Origin: Lingula anatina
Taxonomy: Eukaryota > Animalia > Brachiopoda
Length of the DNA: 64,000 nt
Direction: 5' to 3'
NCBI GenBank assembly: GCA_051362555.1
Contig: CM120640.1
Location: 19,778,001 to 19,842,000, forward strand
The position numbers were made by a program, and so were the translations under genes. Of this stretch, positions 1-14,001 are shown piece after piece (position 1 is the stretch's first letter; the number at the start of each line of letters is the position of its first letter). The notes beneath the pieces were generated by a model, which did no database searches, was not told the DNA's origin, and saw only the letters and a program-made list of their open reading frames with translations.

Positions 1-3000
1 AAAACGTAAGGTAACTGCCATGGTCACTATTGTAGTTGAGACAAACGGGAGCCTAGGGATATGGCCTATCAGTTTGTCTCATACCGTTCCATTTTCCTTG
101 TACAATATTTGACGAGAACATTGCATTAAAAAGCCGGAAACGTCAGACTTCATCTCCAAGGCATGTGCATTTGCGTCAATGTTTTGCGCAATTATTGTAA
201 TTTATACAAAACACAATGCCTTTTGCATTAAAGATATTGGAATAGTCGCGGTCTTGTTCTGTTACGTGCACAGTAATAAAGCAACACTGACATTTCACCT
301 TTCAGTGGCTATGTTAATAAATACTGATTCAACACGGCTAATTGATCTCTGCTTGGAGGAAGGGGCAGAGTTAATAAATCGAAACTGTAGTTCAAATATA
401 AGAACAAGACCATGCTTTCGACCATTATAAAACTGATGCAACTTTCGATCGCCCCTCAAAAAATAAATCAGTATGCATTATTTGATGAAGGTCCGTTTAT
501 TGTTCAGCCAACGTCAATATTAAGGGAATTGAAACAAAGTCCAGGCTAACATGCCGGTATATGGTAAGAAAACATTCCCAAGGCCATTTATTTTCACATT
601 TTCAGCGTTATTTGTCGTGGACCACATCATCGTCTGTCAGAACTGAATTGATGTAATTTTTTTAGCAGTTTCCTTCTGGGGAATTCTCATGGATGAGACG
701 CTCAATTTATTGCAGTTCACTCGGAAATGTAGATGAAATGCTGTAAGATTGATTGTAGCCTTGTTGAAGTAATAAAAACACACTGGAGTGCAACTAAAAT
801 ATTATTTTGTTATTCCGACATTTCATTAGAAAAATGTATTGATTCGACGCATCACTATATGAGGGCCCATAAACATCAAGGTACAAATAAACAACGCAAA
901 ACTCTCGGAAGATACATTAAAATCGATTTCTTTTATAATTTGAAAATATGTTTCATAACAATTTCGATCGATTTTTGTATTATCTCAAATGGCGTGGAGT
1001 TTATTAGCCGTGTATCTCCAAGATCTGCGGAAATAAAGGAACAATGGTGCTCTGCTTAACAGCTGCTCCTCATATATTGTTAAGTGAGTGCACTCCAGCA
1101 CAAGAGAACGCAATTAAAGAAACGTGTCCTTGTGTACATAAAACACGTGGAAAAAGTGCAAAATATTGTACAAAGCTAGTGAAAATTTCCCTTTGTGTTT
1201 TACTCTTGTCTCGGTAGCTCGATTTATTGGCATATCTATCCTGCGTCCACTGTCATTTTTGCAAATTGATATCAATTAAACTAAGGAGTTATAAAACTCG
1301 TATTGTAAAAACTAAGCGTCTGAAGCGTTTGGTGCTTTGCTAAAATAAGCGCAGACGACAGAACTAACACCGCTTTGAACTGTTGGGGAAAATGTAAAAC
1401 TGGTATCCAAGGTCAAAATGTCGTGGGCCTTGGCCTTGCAAATCAGTTCTAATTTCTAGCAATGTCGAGCAGACATGTTCCCAGTCCTTGTCATACTATC
1501 AATTCAAATTCCCAAAATGGCGAGATACATTGAATGTTTACCATCATATCAAGAATGACATTAAACTCGGAAAAGGAAATTCAAAGACAAAAAGAGGAAA
1601 CTGGAAGCACCGTTATTCTGATAGGGTAAAACGTTTTTTTTTAACCCAGGACAAACATATAGCCTAGTGGTCTGGGTTGGAAAAGGGTTTATGGAATTTG
1701 GGCAGTTGTGTTGAATTGCATTTGTGAATAAATGCACCATATCTCATAATGATTGGGCAATGTAAACGACGTAATTTTCAGCGAGTCTGTAAATGCGTAA
1801 TAGGAACTACTGCAATTCGGGGTGAAAATTATTAGGAACAAAGCAAGCTTTTTGTTTCTACAATTAATAACATTTTATGTTTACCACGAGGTACTGGCAC
1901 TTCCCTTGTAAATGATGTCACGGTCAGTTACCTATTAGGTCACAAAATATGGTATGTTATTCAAGTGCAATACTATATACTTCAAACTGACCGTCACCAA
2001 ACATTTCAAATAAACGTGTATTTGAAAGGAAAACAGAGAACACCGCACACGAATAAACAATAAATAACCCGTGAACGGATCTTTTGCGTACATCTTTTAT
2101 TTGGAACACACAAGCGAAAAATGAGTGACTTATTACAATAACAATAACACCTTTTCGCAAGGTGCAACATTTTAATGAAGGGCCGTGCCTAACGGCGTTA
2201 ATACTGTGCTGACGCGGTAATAATAACCCAAGAGGCGATATGGGGATTAAGGTTTAATTCATTAGCACTTTCGAACGTGTTTTCCTAAGTAAGTAGTGTT
2301 TTTCAAGCAATGGTTGACGACGCCTCGCATGGAATGCGCTCGTTTTACACCTTTTGGGCCATATTTTGTCAGTTTCTTTAAATTTGTTGGTCTAGCTCGC
2401 TCTCCCCGATTTTCTCAATTGTAATCTTATTTTACACAAGATGTATCAAGGTTTCTATCATAGATAAAGAAGCCTTTCTCCTTTTAACTGACAACTAAAT
2501 TTAATGACAAATTAATACCCCCTTCTGCCTAGAGGAAAGGCTCCGAAAACACACCGAGCGTAGAAAGTAAGGACTTAAACGGCGAATTTTATTTACCAGT
2601 TTGTCACAAGTGAAGACTACAGAAAGCACACGTGTCTTTAGACAGGTTGGGAAACTTATTAAATATTTGCTGACCACTCGACCTTCATAAATAATGGACA
2701 GGGATTGTAATACGCTGGACATTGGCTGAAAGGAAAAGTAGTGGATTAAACAAATACTATCCGCATCAGGGGGTATGTTCCGAGACTTAAGTAGAACACA
2801 CCTTGTTTGATAAATATCACTAATGCCCCTGATTCTACATCAGGCAAAATGTAAGATGTTTTTCGTACTAAAAGTATTTTTCTAGAATATCTCATTCGGG
2901 TTTTTCTGAAATGAAATATTTGTTTAACGTATTCCCATAACAAATGAGAAGGTTCTAGTTGCTTTTGGCATGTCGGGCACATGGACAGGCGGGGTTGCCA

Positions 3001-4615
3001 AGAGCCGGTGAGTTGCATCATCAAACTTGTAATATTCTCTGCAGCTCAATTAGTGAAATGCTCCTAAAATATTAATTAGTAATTCTTTTGGGGAAATAAT
3101 GCTCTCAGACACCTTGCCTTTGCTGAGTATGAACTCCTCACTTTTTATCCTGTCAGTACTCTGTCTCCACGCATTTCTTTCTTTTTTGTTGGGGAAAATA
3201 TTATTTTTTTAAACTTTAAAAAAGAACCACACAGCGTGTAAATTCCAGTTTACTTATAACTGATTAAACGTAAACAAGATTTTCCTCTGTCTTTATTTGC
3301 AAATAAAAAATTAATGGAATATTCACTGAAATGCTAACAGTGCTACTTTAAAATGGCAGACTTAAATTCATGTTGTCATGTAACACCATTATCCAGTAAT
3401 TTATCCATTAGAATATCTTGAAATACTAATTCTGATGCACAGGTTAGACTTATTATATATTTATGTATGCTTGATAGCATCACCTTGAACTCGTATCATC
3501 TGGCATTTCAGTTTATTTTTGTTCGTAATGGGCCCTTTGACTCGGAGCGACCTGGCTTATTTAGAAAACCTTGAAGCGTGCCGAGGCAGAAAAAGAAAAC
3601 AGCAGATCAAATTTATTCACAAACAAATATGTCAATGGTAAAACATGGACTTTTTCGGCCAACAAAGGCCTCTACACTATTCTAGGACTGTTTTGATTCA
3701 AAATAGGGTGACTCCTTTTTTTCCAAAATAAGAATGTGTTTGTAAGGACAACATATATACATCTCACTGTGCACCTGGCACAACTAACACAATAAAAAGA
3801 ACGACATCCATTCCGAAAAATCTAGCTATTATTTCATGCTCAAAAATAGGAGGCTGATTTTATCAAGGAATAAAACACTACCCGAGTGATCAATACACCG
3901 ATGAGCTTGATATGATCAAGGGGTATTTATCTAGTTTTTTAAACGATTTAAAATACGAACTTCGACTGGCCTTAACTCACAATGTCAGAGGATTTGTATC
4001 AGACTGAAATTAATGATGACCTCGCGAAATTTAATGTTCTTTATTCTTTAAACAGGTGCAGTTAAGTTCTTGGAAGGAGTTTAAGTGCATAGCTGTTCTG
4101 TTGCAGTATAAACACGTCACCTACCTTCTTGAACCAGATTTTACCGATATGAGTGAAGTGAATAAATGTATGTTCCTAAAATATATCCTGATTTTAAGAT
4201 ACATTTCGATAAAGTAAAGCCACCCGTTCGTCTTTGGGTATATTTTGGTTTCATTTTTCGATAAGGATAATGTATAAAATAAAAAAGGGTTTTAAAACTA
4301 CTTAAATGACCTTTTAAGAATTTTTTTGTTTGTTGCTTTTTGTTTTCTGATTTATTTGGCGTTGCTACGTGTAGCCAGGAAGTAGGCCTTTAGGAGAGGA
4401 GAGAAGCCAGCACTGTTGTGCAAGGATCTGGATTTTTCTTGTAAAAGCGAACAAACCAAAGTGATCACTAATTATGAATAAGTCAATTTTATTATGTGCA
4501 TTTTTAACAAATAGATGATGTCATGATTAATTGAGCAATGATTAGGCTATATCAAAAAGTTAATCGCAGTTTATATAGGTTAGAAGTCACAGAAAGAGCT
4601 AGTCCGTTCCACTTG

Positions 4616-7600
4616 TTAGTCTGACACATCCGCCAATGTGATCATAGGCATGACGAACTGAGAGTGCCGTGTTCCCATCGTGAATTTTGGATTAGATTTC
4701 ATGTGCACAGTCACTAACTGCGGATTGTGTGCCCCGGGGCCTGGCTTCTGTGTCTTGTCCCCAGGCTGGGAAGTGCGCCCTTTCAGACTGAAATGCACGG
4801 GCCGTTTCTTATACACGCTCGCGTCGACAATCTTGTAATGATTCGGTCCCGGGGTTTTCGTGTCGTAAGAATTGGCGTTTCGTGCAGTCATGGTGAAGCT
4901 CGGATTTCCGCGTTTGTCAGGCACTTTTGATCCCAGAGTGGATGGAACAGAGTAGGAGTTTGGAGCTGGGATGTTGTCGGTGGGTCGATATCGGGTTCTC
5001 AGACCGATGGAGTAAGCAGGTGCTTTCCTTTCTTTCACAGGTTTCACTTTGTCGCAGTTGTATGCACCTGGACCCGGAGTATGGAATTTAGCTGCAATGA
5101 CAGGGTGGAAATATTTAGGCTACTCATCTAAAGGTATAGTTATATTTATTGTTTTATTGCCTTTTTGCAATGGATTCTGTACGGAATCTAAGATGTTTGT
5201 TGTCGTAACGGGAAAATTGGGACTGGTTCACTTGTGTATCGTTTTACTTTTCCTTTTATTCATTGGGGATGAGTAGAGTGTGGTAGGTGATTCGATTGCG
5301 GTTAGTGAATCGTCATAATGAGCCCATTGCGTTTTGGGATTTTCAAGTAGGCCAATTAATGGCAAATCAATGAAGTCCTCAATATCACAGTTGAAAGCAC
5401 AAAGAACCCGCTTTCTACCCAAAAGATATCTTTACAATGTGCTGTATTCATTCAGGTACTGAATGAGTGAATGTTTTGAGTCTCATTCAGGTAAGTTGAA
5501 CAAGATATGTTATCAGGCCTGCCACCTCGGTCAATCTAGTGTGCAAACGGATCCCTCTTCAAACATTAAGTAGGGATTTTAGATCCACTTCATCTTGCTT
5601 AACTAGTTAAGCTAAATATCGACCATGGTTTTTGCTTATGTCCTGTCAGCTGTTTAAATATCCTGCAAAGCTACAAAATACATATCTTTTCCAGTTCAGA
5701 CCTTTAAAACTATACCCCCACCAAAAAATAAATAAATAAATAAATAAATAAAAATAAAATTTTAAAAAATTGATGTAGCTATTTCCTTCTGAAATGTACA
5801 GTAAGACTTGACTTCAAGTGAAATATTTGATTAAGATGACATAAAACATAGGAGCCATCAGCTATTCGTGAATAACAGAAAATTGCTTTTTTTTTTCAAG
5901 AAAAATCCGATTCTACGGGAAAATACCTGGTACTTGTAGGGTACCTTAAACAATGCCACCGGTTGCCAGATTACTTCAATTTATATTTTTGCTCTTTTTT
6001 CAGTGATCACATTTTGGAGAACTTGTTAAGATATACAGGTATGTCCAATTTATACCCCTCACTCACATAGCTCCTTTTGTCTCCCAGCGAACGAATATCT
6101 GGGGTTTCCATTGCCTCCTCTACGCGTGAGGGAGGGGTTCACATGATAAATAGGTCCCGGGGAGCAGTCCGTATTAGCTGGAGAGGAAAAATGATAAGCA
6201 TTAATGCAAAGGTTTGCTTTAAAATATCATCTTTTTCTGAGTAAAGCTTTACAATAATGCTAAATCTAAGAAGCAAAGAAAACTTTTACGATTAAAATAA
6301 ATGAATAAATAAATTATTAAAATAAAAAAGATAAGATTTTGATTTTTATCTGAACAGGCATCGGAATAAGAATTAATTGTGGTTTCAACTTGGCCCTAAC
6401 ATTTCTCCTATCAATATTATAACAAAGATCATTGCCATGAAGTGATAAAGATATGATCTTTATATTACAAACGAGATCTGCCTAATTTGTACCTGTGATT
6501 GATAGTGAACATAATATGATTTCTGAAAAAAAACTTACGAGCAAACTTCTGTCCAAATGAATACCCTGGGTTCTTGACTCTGGTTGGATCGTGACCGTTG
6601 GCCCCGATGGTTGGAGGCAACATATAGGCGGGACCTGGACCTATAGAATTAAATATGAAACATAAAAAAGAATGAGAAAAAGTCCCTCCAAATTGCTAGG
6701 TTGACCGCCAATTGTATGGGTCATTTAGTCTAACATATGGTTCCGTATATATTCAAAGTAGAATGCCCAGTAGAATTCCACTGTGGTAGTATTATATTAT
6801 GACTTTGTTCTTTGCCAGCACGGTCGATATGATAATTGGTTACATTTCACACAATGGTAATCTGTGCATTATAAAACAATGAAGTAAGTTTCAGATCAAT
6901 CCAGTCAATAATGAAGATATTGAAGCAGTTAGCTATGTATACCACGTTTCTGCCGAAGTTTCTATTGAGAGAATGACTGAAAGTACGTTGTTAGTTCTTT
7001 ATATCATAACAAAGTTATTTAACATATCTATTTGATTTCTCTATTTTTCCGAACTAAATAAATTTTCTTTTTTCCCCACGTTACATCCCATCAATGCACC
7101 CCATCAGTGCATTTCAGAAGATGGATGGCTTTACAGCTTGGCGCGATAAAAGCAACACGCCAAAATTACAAATGAACAACTTTGCATTAAATGGCTTAGC
7201 AGGTACTGGTTCTATTTGAAACTGGTATTCTCATACCACAAAAATGTGAGTGCCATATTATTTTAAAAATGCCTGAACTTGCATCAAGGCGTGATTTTTA
7301 ATTCAGGTTTGGCATAATCCACTCGATCACTGTGAATGTGTGCGTGTGATCGAGCTCCTTAATTAGATCATCAAGAACTTGTGTGGTTGCCTAGGAAATT
7401 GCGGAGATCAACTATACGGATTGATCTTCAGTGTAATTAACCAGTACTTCACCGCTGAGATAAAGTATGTAACCGCTTCATGCTACTAAAAATACGACAG
7501 AAAGTATCTAGACAAGTGACTATCATAGATGAAATGCCCAAATTTATATCGCAAATACGCATGCAGAGTGTTTTTTGTCTACCACTGCTTTTTAAGTTAT

Positions 7601-8880
7601 ATTCTTAGTCTGCTTAACAGAAAACTCCATAAGCGAATTGCTTTAATTGATGCATAGAATAAAAAAAGGAAAAAAGCTTCATAATTAGAATTTGGACGAT
7701 AAAATTAACCCCAGACAAATTATCTGAACTCTATCAAACAGTGTTGCTAAAGATCTTTATCTACTCTTAAATTACAAGAATAGGTGCGGTACGCACGGAG
7801 GACAAAAGACATACAACTTATGTACAATACTTTCAACGGCTATTCTATAATGACCCTTTTTTATTATAGGGGTTTATTTTGTAGTCCTTAAGCGTAAATT
7901 ATTATAAATTATGGGAAGAATAATCGAAAGAGAACGAACATTATGTCATGTTAATACATTATTACATGCGTTTTAATATGGAACAAAAAAGTGTAATCAC
8001 TCTTGACATAACCACTTTTTCAAAATATCAGAAAAATTCTGAAAGAAACACCAGACGTAACAAATAAAGATACGATGTATATTACTTACTTGAAAAAAAA
8101 AAACAACGATGACAAAACTCTTGGAACAAGATATAATTAAGATATTGTAGGTATTGTCAGCAGACGTTGCCAACAAACCAATAAACTAAATAATTCAGAA
8201 CTACTTCATCAAATGAATGCTTCACGACCGGTCGAACCTGCCAAATTAAGGCAGTTGTTGAGATCAGCTTGTTTTATCAGAACAATAATATAACACGTAG
8301 ATTCTGTCAAAATTCCAGTCCATTAGAATAAATGAAATACACAAAAAAGACGCCGAAATACAAGAGAGTTGCGTCATGTGCTCTATCATAGATTTCCAAT
8401 ATTTGTTAAACATTTTTCGCTTTGTTAAATGATTAGAGGGCCTAAAAAGTAGATTGCTCTATTGGAAATCCACCTTTTCATATCCAAATTTTTCAGTAAT
8501 TACAACGGCAGCCATGCTAAGAAGCAAGCAGGAATACACAATATTTTCAAGAACAGTAAATACTAGAATTTAAAATATCAGTTTGAAAAATAGTTAACAA
8601 TGTTTATTTTTGACTTGTTATGTCTTCGAACAAAAAAAGCCTCGACTTCATCAATAGGACTGATAATGGATGAAACTAATGTCGAAGTAACGTTTTCAGT
8701 AACCAACAGGTTGCTTGCATAGCCAGAATAGTAAAACAGCAGGTATCTAATTAAACTAATTGCAAAAGACATTTAACTGGTAAAACTTCGTCCTTACACC
8801 AACTCAATTATTAAAGAGGACATACCTCCGTACGCAGCTGCTATCCGAATCTCTGCTGGGTTGGGCGAGCCTTGAGGCAT
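4616..8880 (-). CDS. ODF3: Outer dense fiber protein 3-like (SHIPPO-1/PG-rich repeat ciliary microtubule protein), 4 coding exons, ~247 aa
   Basis: Exons 8880-8826 (MPQGSPNPAEIRIAAAYG), 6640-6539 (GPGPAYMLPPTIGANGHDPTRVKNPGYSFG), 6177-6067 (DCSPGPIYHV) and 5091-4616 (PGPGAYN, PAPNSY, PGPNHY, PGPGAH). All introns are GT-AG and phase 1. The total is 744 nt and stays in frame. Repeated PGP-x-Y motifs match the SHIPPO repeat family. Confidence 0.88.
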
Positions 8881-8930
8881 GATGACTAGAGGGACGAGAT
8901 TTCTTCCTTGAGTGATTCTCTCTTTTCGTT

Positions 8931-9034
8931 TTCACCAGTGGCAACTTGTGCTGGTTGTACTGTGTAAACGAAAAAAAATCCTCCACAAATTGGCCTGCCT
9001 CCGTTCCAACCAACCCTGTCAGTTCCGCGGCAAC
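8931..9034. promoter_or_regulatory. RFX X-box-like motifs upstream of the ODF3-like ATG
   Basis: GTTCCGCGGCAAC (9022-9034) and TTCACCAGTGGCAAC (8931-8945) resemble GTNRCC-N0-3-RGYAAC. A third, GTTGCCTAGGAAAT, lies in intron 1 (7386-7399). RFX control is typical of ciliary genes. Confidence 0.4.
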
Positions 9035-11429
9035 TTCACGTGTAAGGGTCGCGCACCCCAAAATCGAATTTTTGCTTAGATATGGCAAGATCGATGGTTA
9101 CTAATAATCGGGCTTGTATCTGTAATTCATTGATTGTGGAAAATCGATTACCGATATGTATTAAAGACTGCAATCTCAAACTTTCCGCATGGGAAGATTT
9201 GCAATTTGTATGATATTACGTCAAATGCTCTAGAGAAAGACAAAAGCCCTGCCTAATTAAACATGGATGGAAGATCAAATGAACTAAGACCCAGTGATTC
9301 CAGCCCTACTCGGTTTATAGTTACAAGGTCATTAGCGAAAGCCCCTTATACGTTGGTGGGGAACATAGCAACTAGCATGGAGTATTTGTGAAATTACAAG
9401 ACGTAATTGTCACATTATAGACAGCCCGTATGGTCAAACCGAAATTATGTCAGTGGTGCTTTGTCCAAAACCACTTAAACCGCTGAGTAAAACGACAAAT
9501 TCGACATTTTAATGACAAGAAAGAACTGTGAGGTACTTGTGTGGAGTAAAGTTGCCATCAAGTACTGCAGCCGTATTGTGATTGACTAAGTGGATACTTG
9601 AAGTAGGCGCAAAGCTGACTCTGCATTTTAATCGTCTCATCTGAAATATGTGTACTCACAATAGGACCATTGTATCATTCAGCGTATGGATCATATTTGC
9701 TTCGTTTTAAAATCCGTCTTAAGTCTGTCGGGTTTGACCATGGACCAAAGCCTTCCACCTCTTTACAAAATCGTATCAAATAAGATGCAAATAGAGATAC
9801 GTTCATTCAATGTTTTAATTACAAAATCTTCCAAAGACTTTATAGTTTGTCCAATTAAAAACGATTTTAAAATGGAAAACTAAAATGCAAACAAAGTGGA
9901 CGTCTAACGGATTACATTTTCCCTATTCTTTCTCTTCGAGGCCAATGTTCTCTTATTCAATTTTCGCCACAAAGAGCCTCCGTGAGTATTTTCAAATAGC
10001 TCTGTTCGTACATGTAGGTTATTTTAAACATGACTTGGTGTCCAAGTTACCCAATACTTATCTATTATGAAACTGGCACTATTTCCATCCCTAACATCGC
10101 CTTTTTAATTCCTTAAAACTCACTTAAACCAAAATTTGATTACCCCTTTATCTGAATCACGTAATACACCTTTAATTGTCATACTTTATTTAAAGACACA
10201 CCATGTAAGTTCTCGGGGATACTTTTTCTGTTCCTGAACTCTAGTCTGACGATGTCATCGTAAGCTAGTAATGAAAAATTTTCGAAGATCGATAACGTAC
10301 ACATTTGCGTAATAACTAATAGGAATTTGGCGCACAATAATCCCAGTGCTTCTTTGAGGTTTTATCCCTGTTGCCTTGGCGTGCCAGATCTCGTATTATT
10401 CACATTTCATGTTATTTTGCAAAACTATTTTGCCTTTTTTCATTCGCATTCTCAAATATTATAAATACACGAAACTCGTCTTTCTTTGTCAGAGGAATAA
10501 AAGCATGAAAAAGTAGAGATATTTGGAAATAAAACTGACCAATTTGTATTTTTCTTTTGCATGTGAGTGTGTTAATTTTTCAATTTAATGTTTTAATTTC
10601 AGTTTACATCTATCACTGCTTATATGGCTTCTGATGAGCTTTTCCACTCCTACAGCGATAAAACCATACCATCCTAAGTAAAAAAATAAATGCACCGAAA
10701 AAACCTGGGTGATACCGTATCAAATCAAAACATCGTCTTCTTGAGGCCACAAAACTTCTCATTTTCACGCTCAAAGAGCAATGTCATGACTTCCGAAACC
10801 TGTGTAATCGGTGGCTGACAGCTTTTGGGTTCAACAGAGGGTCTTTGGTAAATTATAGAAAATGATGTATTTCTTATCGATATTAGCATACAGGGGAACA
10901 CAGAAAAAAGGCGTTCTTTTCAATTGTAGCCATTAGACAGTAAAAAAAAGATATTAAAGCAATAGGAACGGATTGGCATATGGGCAATGAGAAACAAATA
11001 AAGCATTGTCAATGCAAACAAAGAAACATTGTTCTATACAGGTTTAGAAATAAAAGGAGAATTTTATAGATTTTAATCTCGGCGTGACCTTTGGCCTTTT
11101 CTTTCGCAGAAACCATTACACAATTTTTCCGTAAACTGCCAACTATGATGAGTTTGAAATTGCCTAAGGCTTCCTATGAGATGAATGGAATAATAGCACG
11201 AGCATCGCTTTTGGTTCTTTAGCTGGTCTGACGCCAAACCGGTCTTTGATCATGGTTTAATCAAAGATATTTCCTCCAAGCAATATATATTCTTCATCGT
11301 TAAGTCGTCTGGCTCATTATTTTTGCTGGCCTTGTCTGTTCTATGCTCTCTTTGATACAGGAGTTCACGTAATGTATAAATCGGGAACGTCACTAACCTA
11401 GGGAACCAGATCAATGCCATATCGCTGCA

Positions 11430-12668
11430 ATGCCATACTTGCAGAACATCTCTCTGACGACCGTGGACTTCGAAAATTGTTACGGACCCTCACCACCATC
11501 GAAAACTAACGCCACGGATGGTGACCATTCAGAATGGTGGCTTACAACATCAGAACCAGCTACTGCCGCTATTCTTTCGATATGCGCCGTGATTTCGGCA
11601 GTGAACATCGTCTTTGGTTTGGCAAACCTACTCGCCGTCATCAGCATAGCCACAATCAAGAAACTCCATACACCATTGAATATGTACGCGGCGTGTATCG
11701 CAGGAGTGGACACGGTGATGATCGCTACTGTCTTACCGGTGCATTTTGCCCAACTCATTCTGACTGTTCAAGGAGGTGTTCCAGTACCACCTGCTCTCTG
11801 TAAAGCAACTTCGTTTCTCAAGCCGCTCCTTGTGGTATGTTCTTGCACTTCAAAACTAGTAATTGCCAGCGTGCAGGCGAGAGCCGTCGGGAGTTCTGTG
11901 GGGCACTTAAACCGTTATCAAGTAAACATGAAAGAAATTGCCTTCATATCTGGCTTTCAAGTCGCTCTTGGAATCGCCATTGCCACCGTTGTGGTTTCGC
12001 ATGAATCCGTTGGATACATTTGTTGCATTCATTTTCATTATGTTGGCAGGCTCGAAAAACCTCCTTTCATGTTTGCAAAACCATCAAGCTGGTATACATG
12101 GGCAATAGTGCCAGTCGTTAGCGGAATTTCTGTTGCCAGTTCTCTAATTTGTTACGCATTTATATACTGTAAACTAGCAAAGAACAGATTTCCTTTAAGG
12201 CAATGTTCCACAGACTCGAGACTCTCAGGAAAAAAATCGAAAGCAGAACTTTTTACCGTGAAAACGGCATTTATGCTGGTTGTTGTTTACATAATATGTT
12301 ACCTTCCATCGTTAACACTAGGAATAATTAGACCAGACATGAGTTACTTGGCCTACTGGTATCTTGCATCAACTTTATTCGAATTTCATTCTTGTTTGAA
12401 CCCGTTTCTTTATCTTTGGGGATCTCCCAGATACAGAAAAATAGTGAGAAATGAACTTCGAAACCGTTTCTGTGGCTGTTCTTTTTGTTCTTCACATCGA
12501 AGTACTTTACAAGAAAATAACGGCTCGAGATTTGACAGTACTAAAGATTTAGATACCAAGGAATTAAGTTCCGCTATTAAGTTTAGAAAAGAAAGGTTCC
12601 AAGGGAAGAGGGTATGTAAAAATGTTAAAGTCACTGTACACCAAGATGAGGACCTTGCTATGATTTAG
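11430..12668 (+). CDS. Intronless class A (rhodopsin-like) orphan GPCR, 412 aa
   Basis: Seven hydrophobic segments and N-terminal N-glycosylation sequons (NIS, NAT). TM1 'GLANLL', TM2 'NMYAACIAGVD', TM3 Cys 'ALCKA', TM6 'IICYLP', TM7 'CLNPFLY' (NPxxY), helix 8 'YRKIVR'. DRY is replaced by 'VQARAV'. Confidence 0.88.
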   Translation: MPYLQNISLTTVDFENCYGPSPPSKTNATDGDHSEWWLTTSEPATAAILSICAVISAVNIVFGLANLLAVISIATIKKLHTPLNMYAACIAGVDTVMIATVLPVHFAQLILTVQGGVPVPPALCKATSFLKPLLVVCSCTSKLVIASVQARAVGSSVGHLNRYQVNMKEIAFISGFQVALGIAIATVVVSHESVGYICCIHFHYVGRLEKPPFMFAKPSSWYTWAIVPVVSGISVASSLICYAFIYCKLAKNRFPLRQCSTDSRLSGKKSKAELFTVKTAFMLVVVYIICYLPSLTLGIIRPDMSYLAYWYLASTLFEFHSCLNPFLYLWGSPRYRKIVRNELRNRFCGCSFCSSHRSTLQENNGSRFDSTKDLDTKELSSAIKFRKERFQGKRVCKNVKVTVHQDEDLAMI

Positions 12669-13233
12669 TTAAATTCAATAAGCTTGATTCTCCTACAATA
12701 TTGATCTAGGCCATGTGCAATTTGTGAAAATGATACACTCATAATTACCCAAAGAGAAGGGGATACTACAATAGATAGCTTTATCATATTGGATACTCAA
12801 AGTAATAAGCCATGCGTTTAAGATATAACAATAATACGGTGGATGTAGGAGGAAACTGTATTTTATCTGGGTAAAGTACCTATCAATCAAAAGAATCAAA
12901 TAGACTGGAGGACATGTATTCCATGAAATTTAACTACGTTAAAATTTATCAGTAAAATACGATAGGAGAAGTTTTTTTACCATGCTGCAGGGCTAATACG
13001 CTCAATAGAAAAAATAGACTTGACCATGCGTTGTTTTTCTCAGCTTGCTATTGAGAGAAGAACGTAAAATTGTAATTGCCATTATAAGTATTTGCACTTT
13101 GTCAGTAAATCGACATAGTCTGAATTGCAATTATTTGTATTGGTATATGTAGCTGTTGTGTTGCTTTACTTGTGTCGCTGACACACGCAAATTTATGTAC
13201 CCAAAATATCACAGCAGTTTAGTAAATTGACCT

Positions 13234-13295
13234 TTATTATATTATATTATATTATATTATATTATATTATATTATATTATATTATATTATATTAT
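13234..13295. repeat. (TTATA)n microsatellite
   Basis: Pure pentamer run. A paralogous run lies at ~37844-37891 downstream of NT5E-C. Confidence 0.9.
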
Positions 13296-13316
13296 GGTCA
13301 CATCTTAAACTTTTAA

Positions 13317-14001
13317 GGAAACTGTCAGCTTTTGCCAAAACTTCCATATTTACTGCCATACATACATTCTTTTGGATAACTGAGAAATCTTTAAGTCGTC
13401 AGTGACTAAATATACATTTGTATGTCATTTGACGAGTGACGCCATAATTGTGATTTGGGCGGTTTAATGGAGAAAAATGGTTTCTCAAATTTCTCCTTCA
13501 TCTGAGCACCCACGAGTACCGTTTTAACGCCAATTAATGACGTCCTTTAGATCCCCAAAATCCTGCAAGCGTTTTTTTCTAAGAGGCTTGTTACAGATTT
13601 TATCATGGATAAAGCAAAATAATGCCTTTGTTTAGTGGAGATATGTGATTAGGGGCTCATAACTCAATACCAAAAACATTTAAACCAAAATTACAGCACT
13701 AGATTGTAGCCCATACACTTTTGGTCAACTATGCCAATTTGCGGGATTAAATCCTCTTCAGGGATGACGTTGCGCCCTGTACTGATTGTTTTCAACTCAA
13801 AATAGAAAGGAGTTAAATTGATGAGAAAAGATTTGTGTTGCCTATGCTTATACAGCGAAAAATATAAACGCCAATATCTTACATTTTCGAGGTTTTTTAT
13901 TGTTTTGAAATCAACACAAAAGTAGATGCATTATTGAATTATTTAATGCAGGAAAAACCTCATTGTCAGTATCTTGATGATAATAAACTCTTACAGAATC
14001 C
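13317..14001. mobile_element. Non-autonomous TTAA-target DNA element (Kolobok-like)
   Basis: TTAA|GGAAACTGTCAG ... CTTACAGAATCC|TTAA gives imperfect TIRs with a TTAA duplication (13313-16, 14002-05). The paralogous site downstream of copy C (~37920-37950) lacks it. Related sequence occurs at ~28190-28846 and, inverted, at ~59860-60365. Confidence 0.6.

Noticed and set aside
179-3050. Short ORFs at 179-430, 733-1059, 2501-2722 and 2746-3024
   Set aside because: No recognisable domain, no consistent splice chain, and composition typical of non-coding AT-rich DNA. An unrecognised exon cannot be excluded.
8804-9088. 94-aa minus-strand ORF
   Set aside because: It overlaps the real ODF3-like first exon in a different frame. 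Only 8880-8826 splices in frame to the next exon.
10622-10670. CTGATGA-GCT...AGC-GATA hammerhead-like string
   Set aside because: The second core box is GATA rather than GAAA, and there is no stem III or NUH site.
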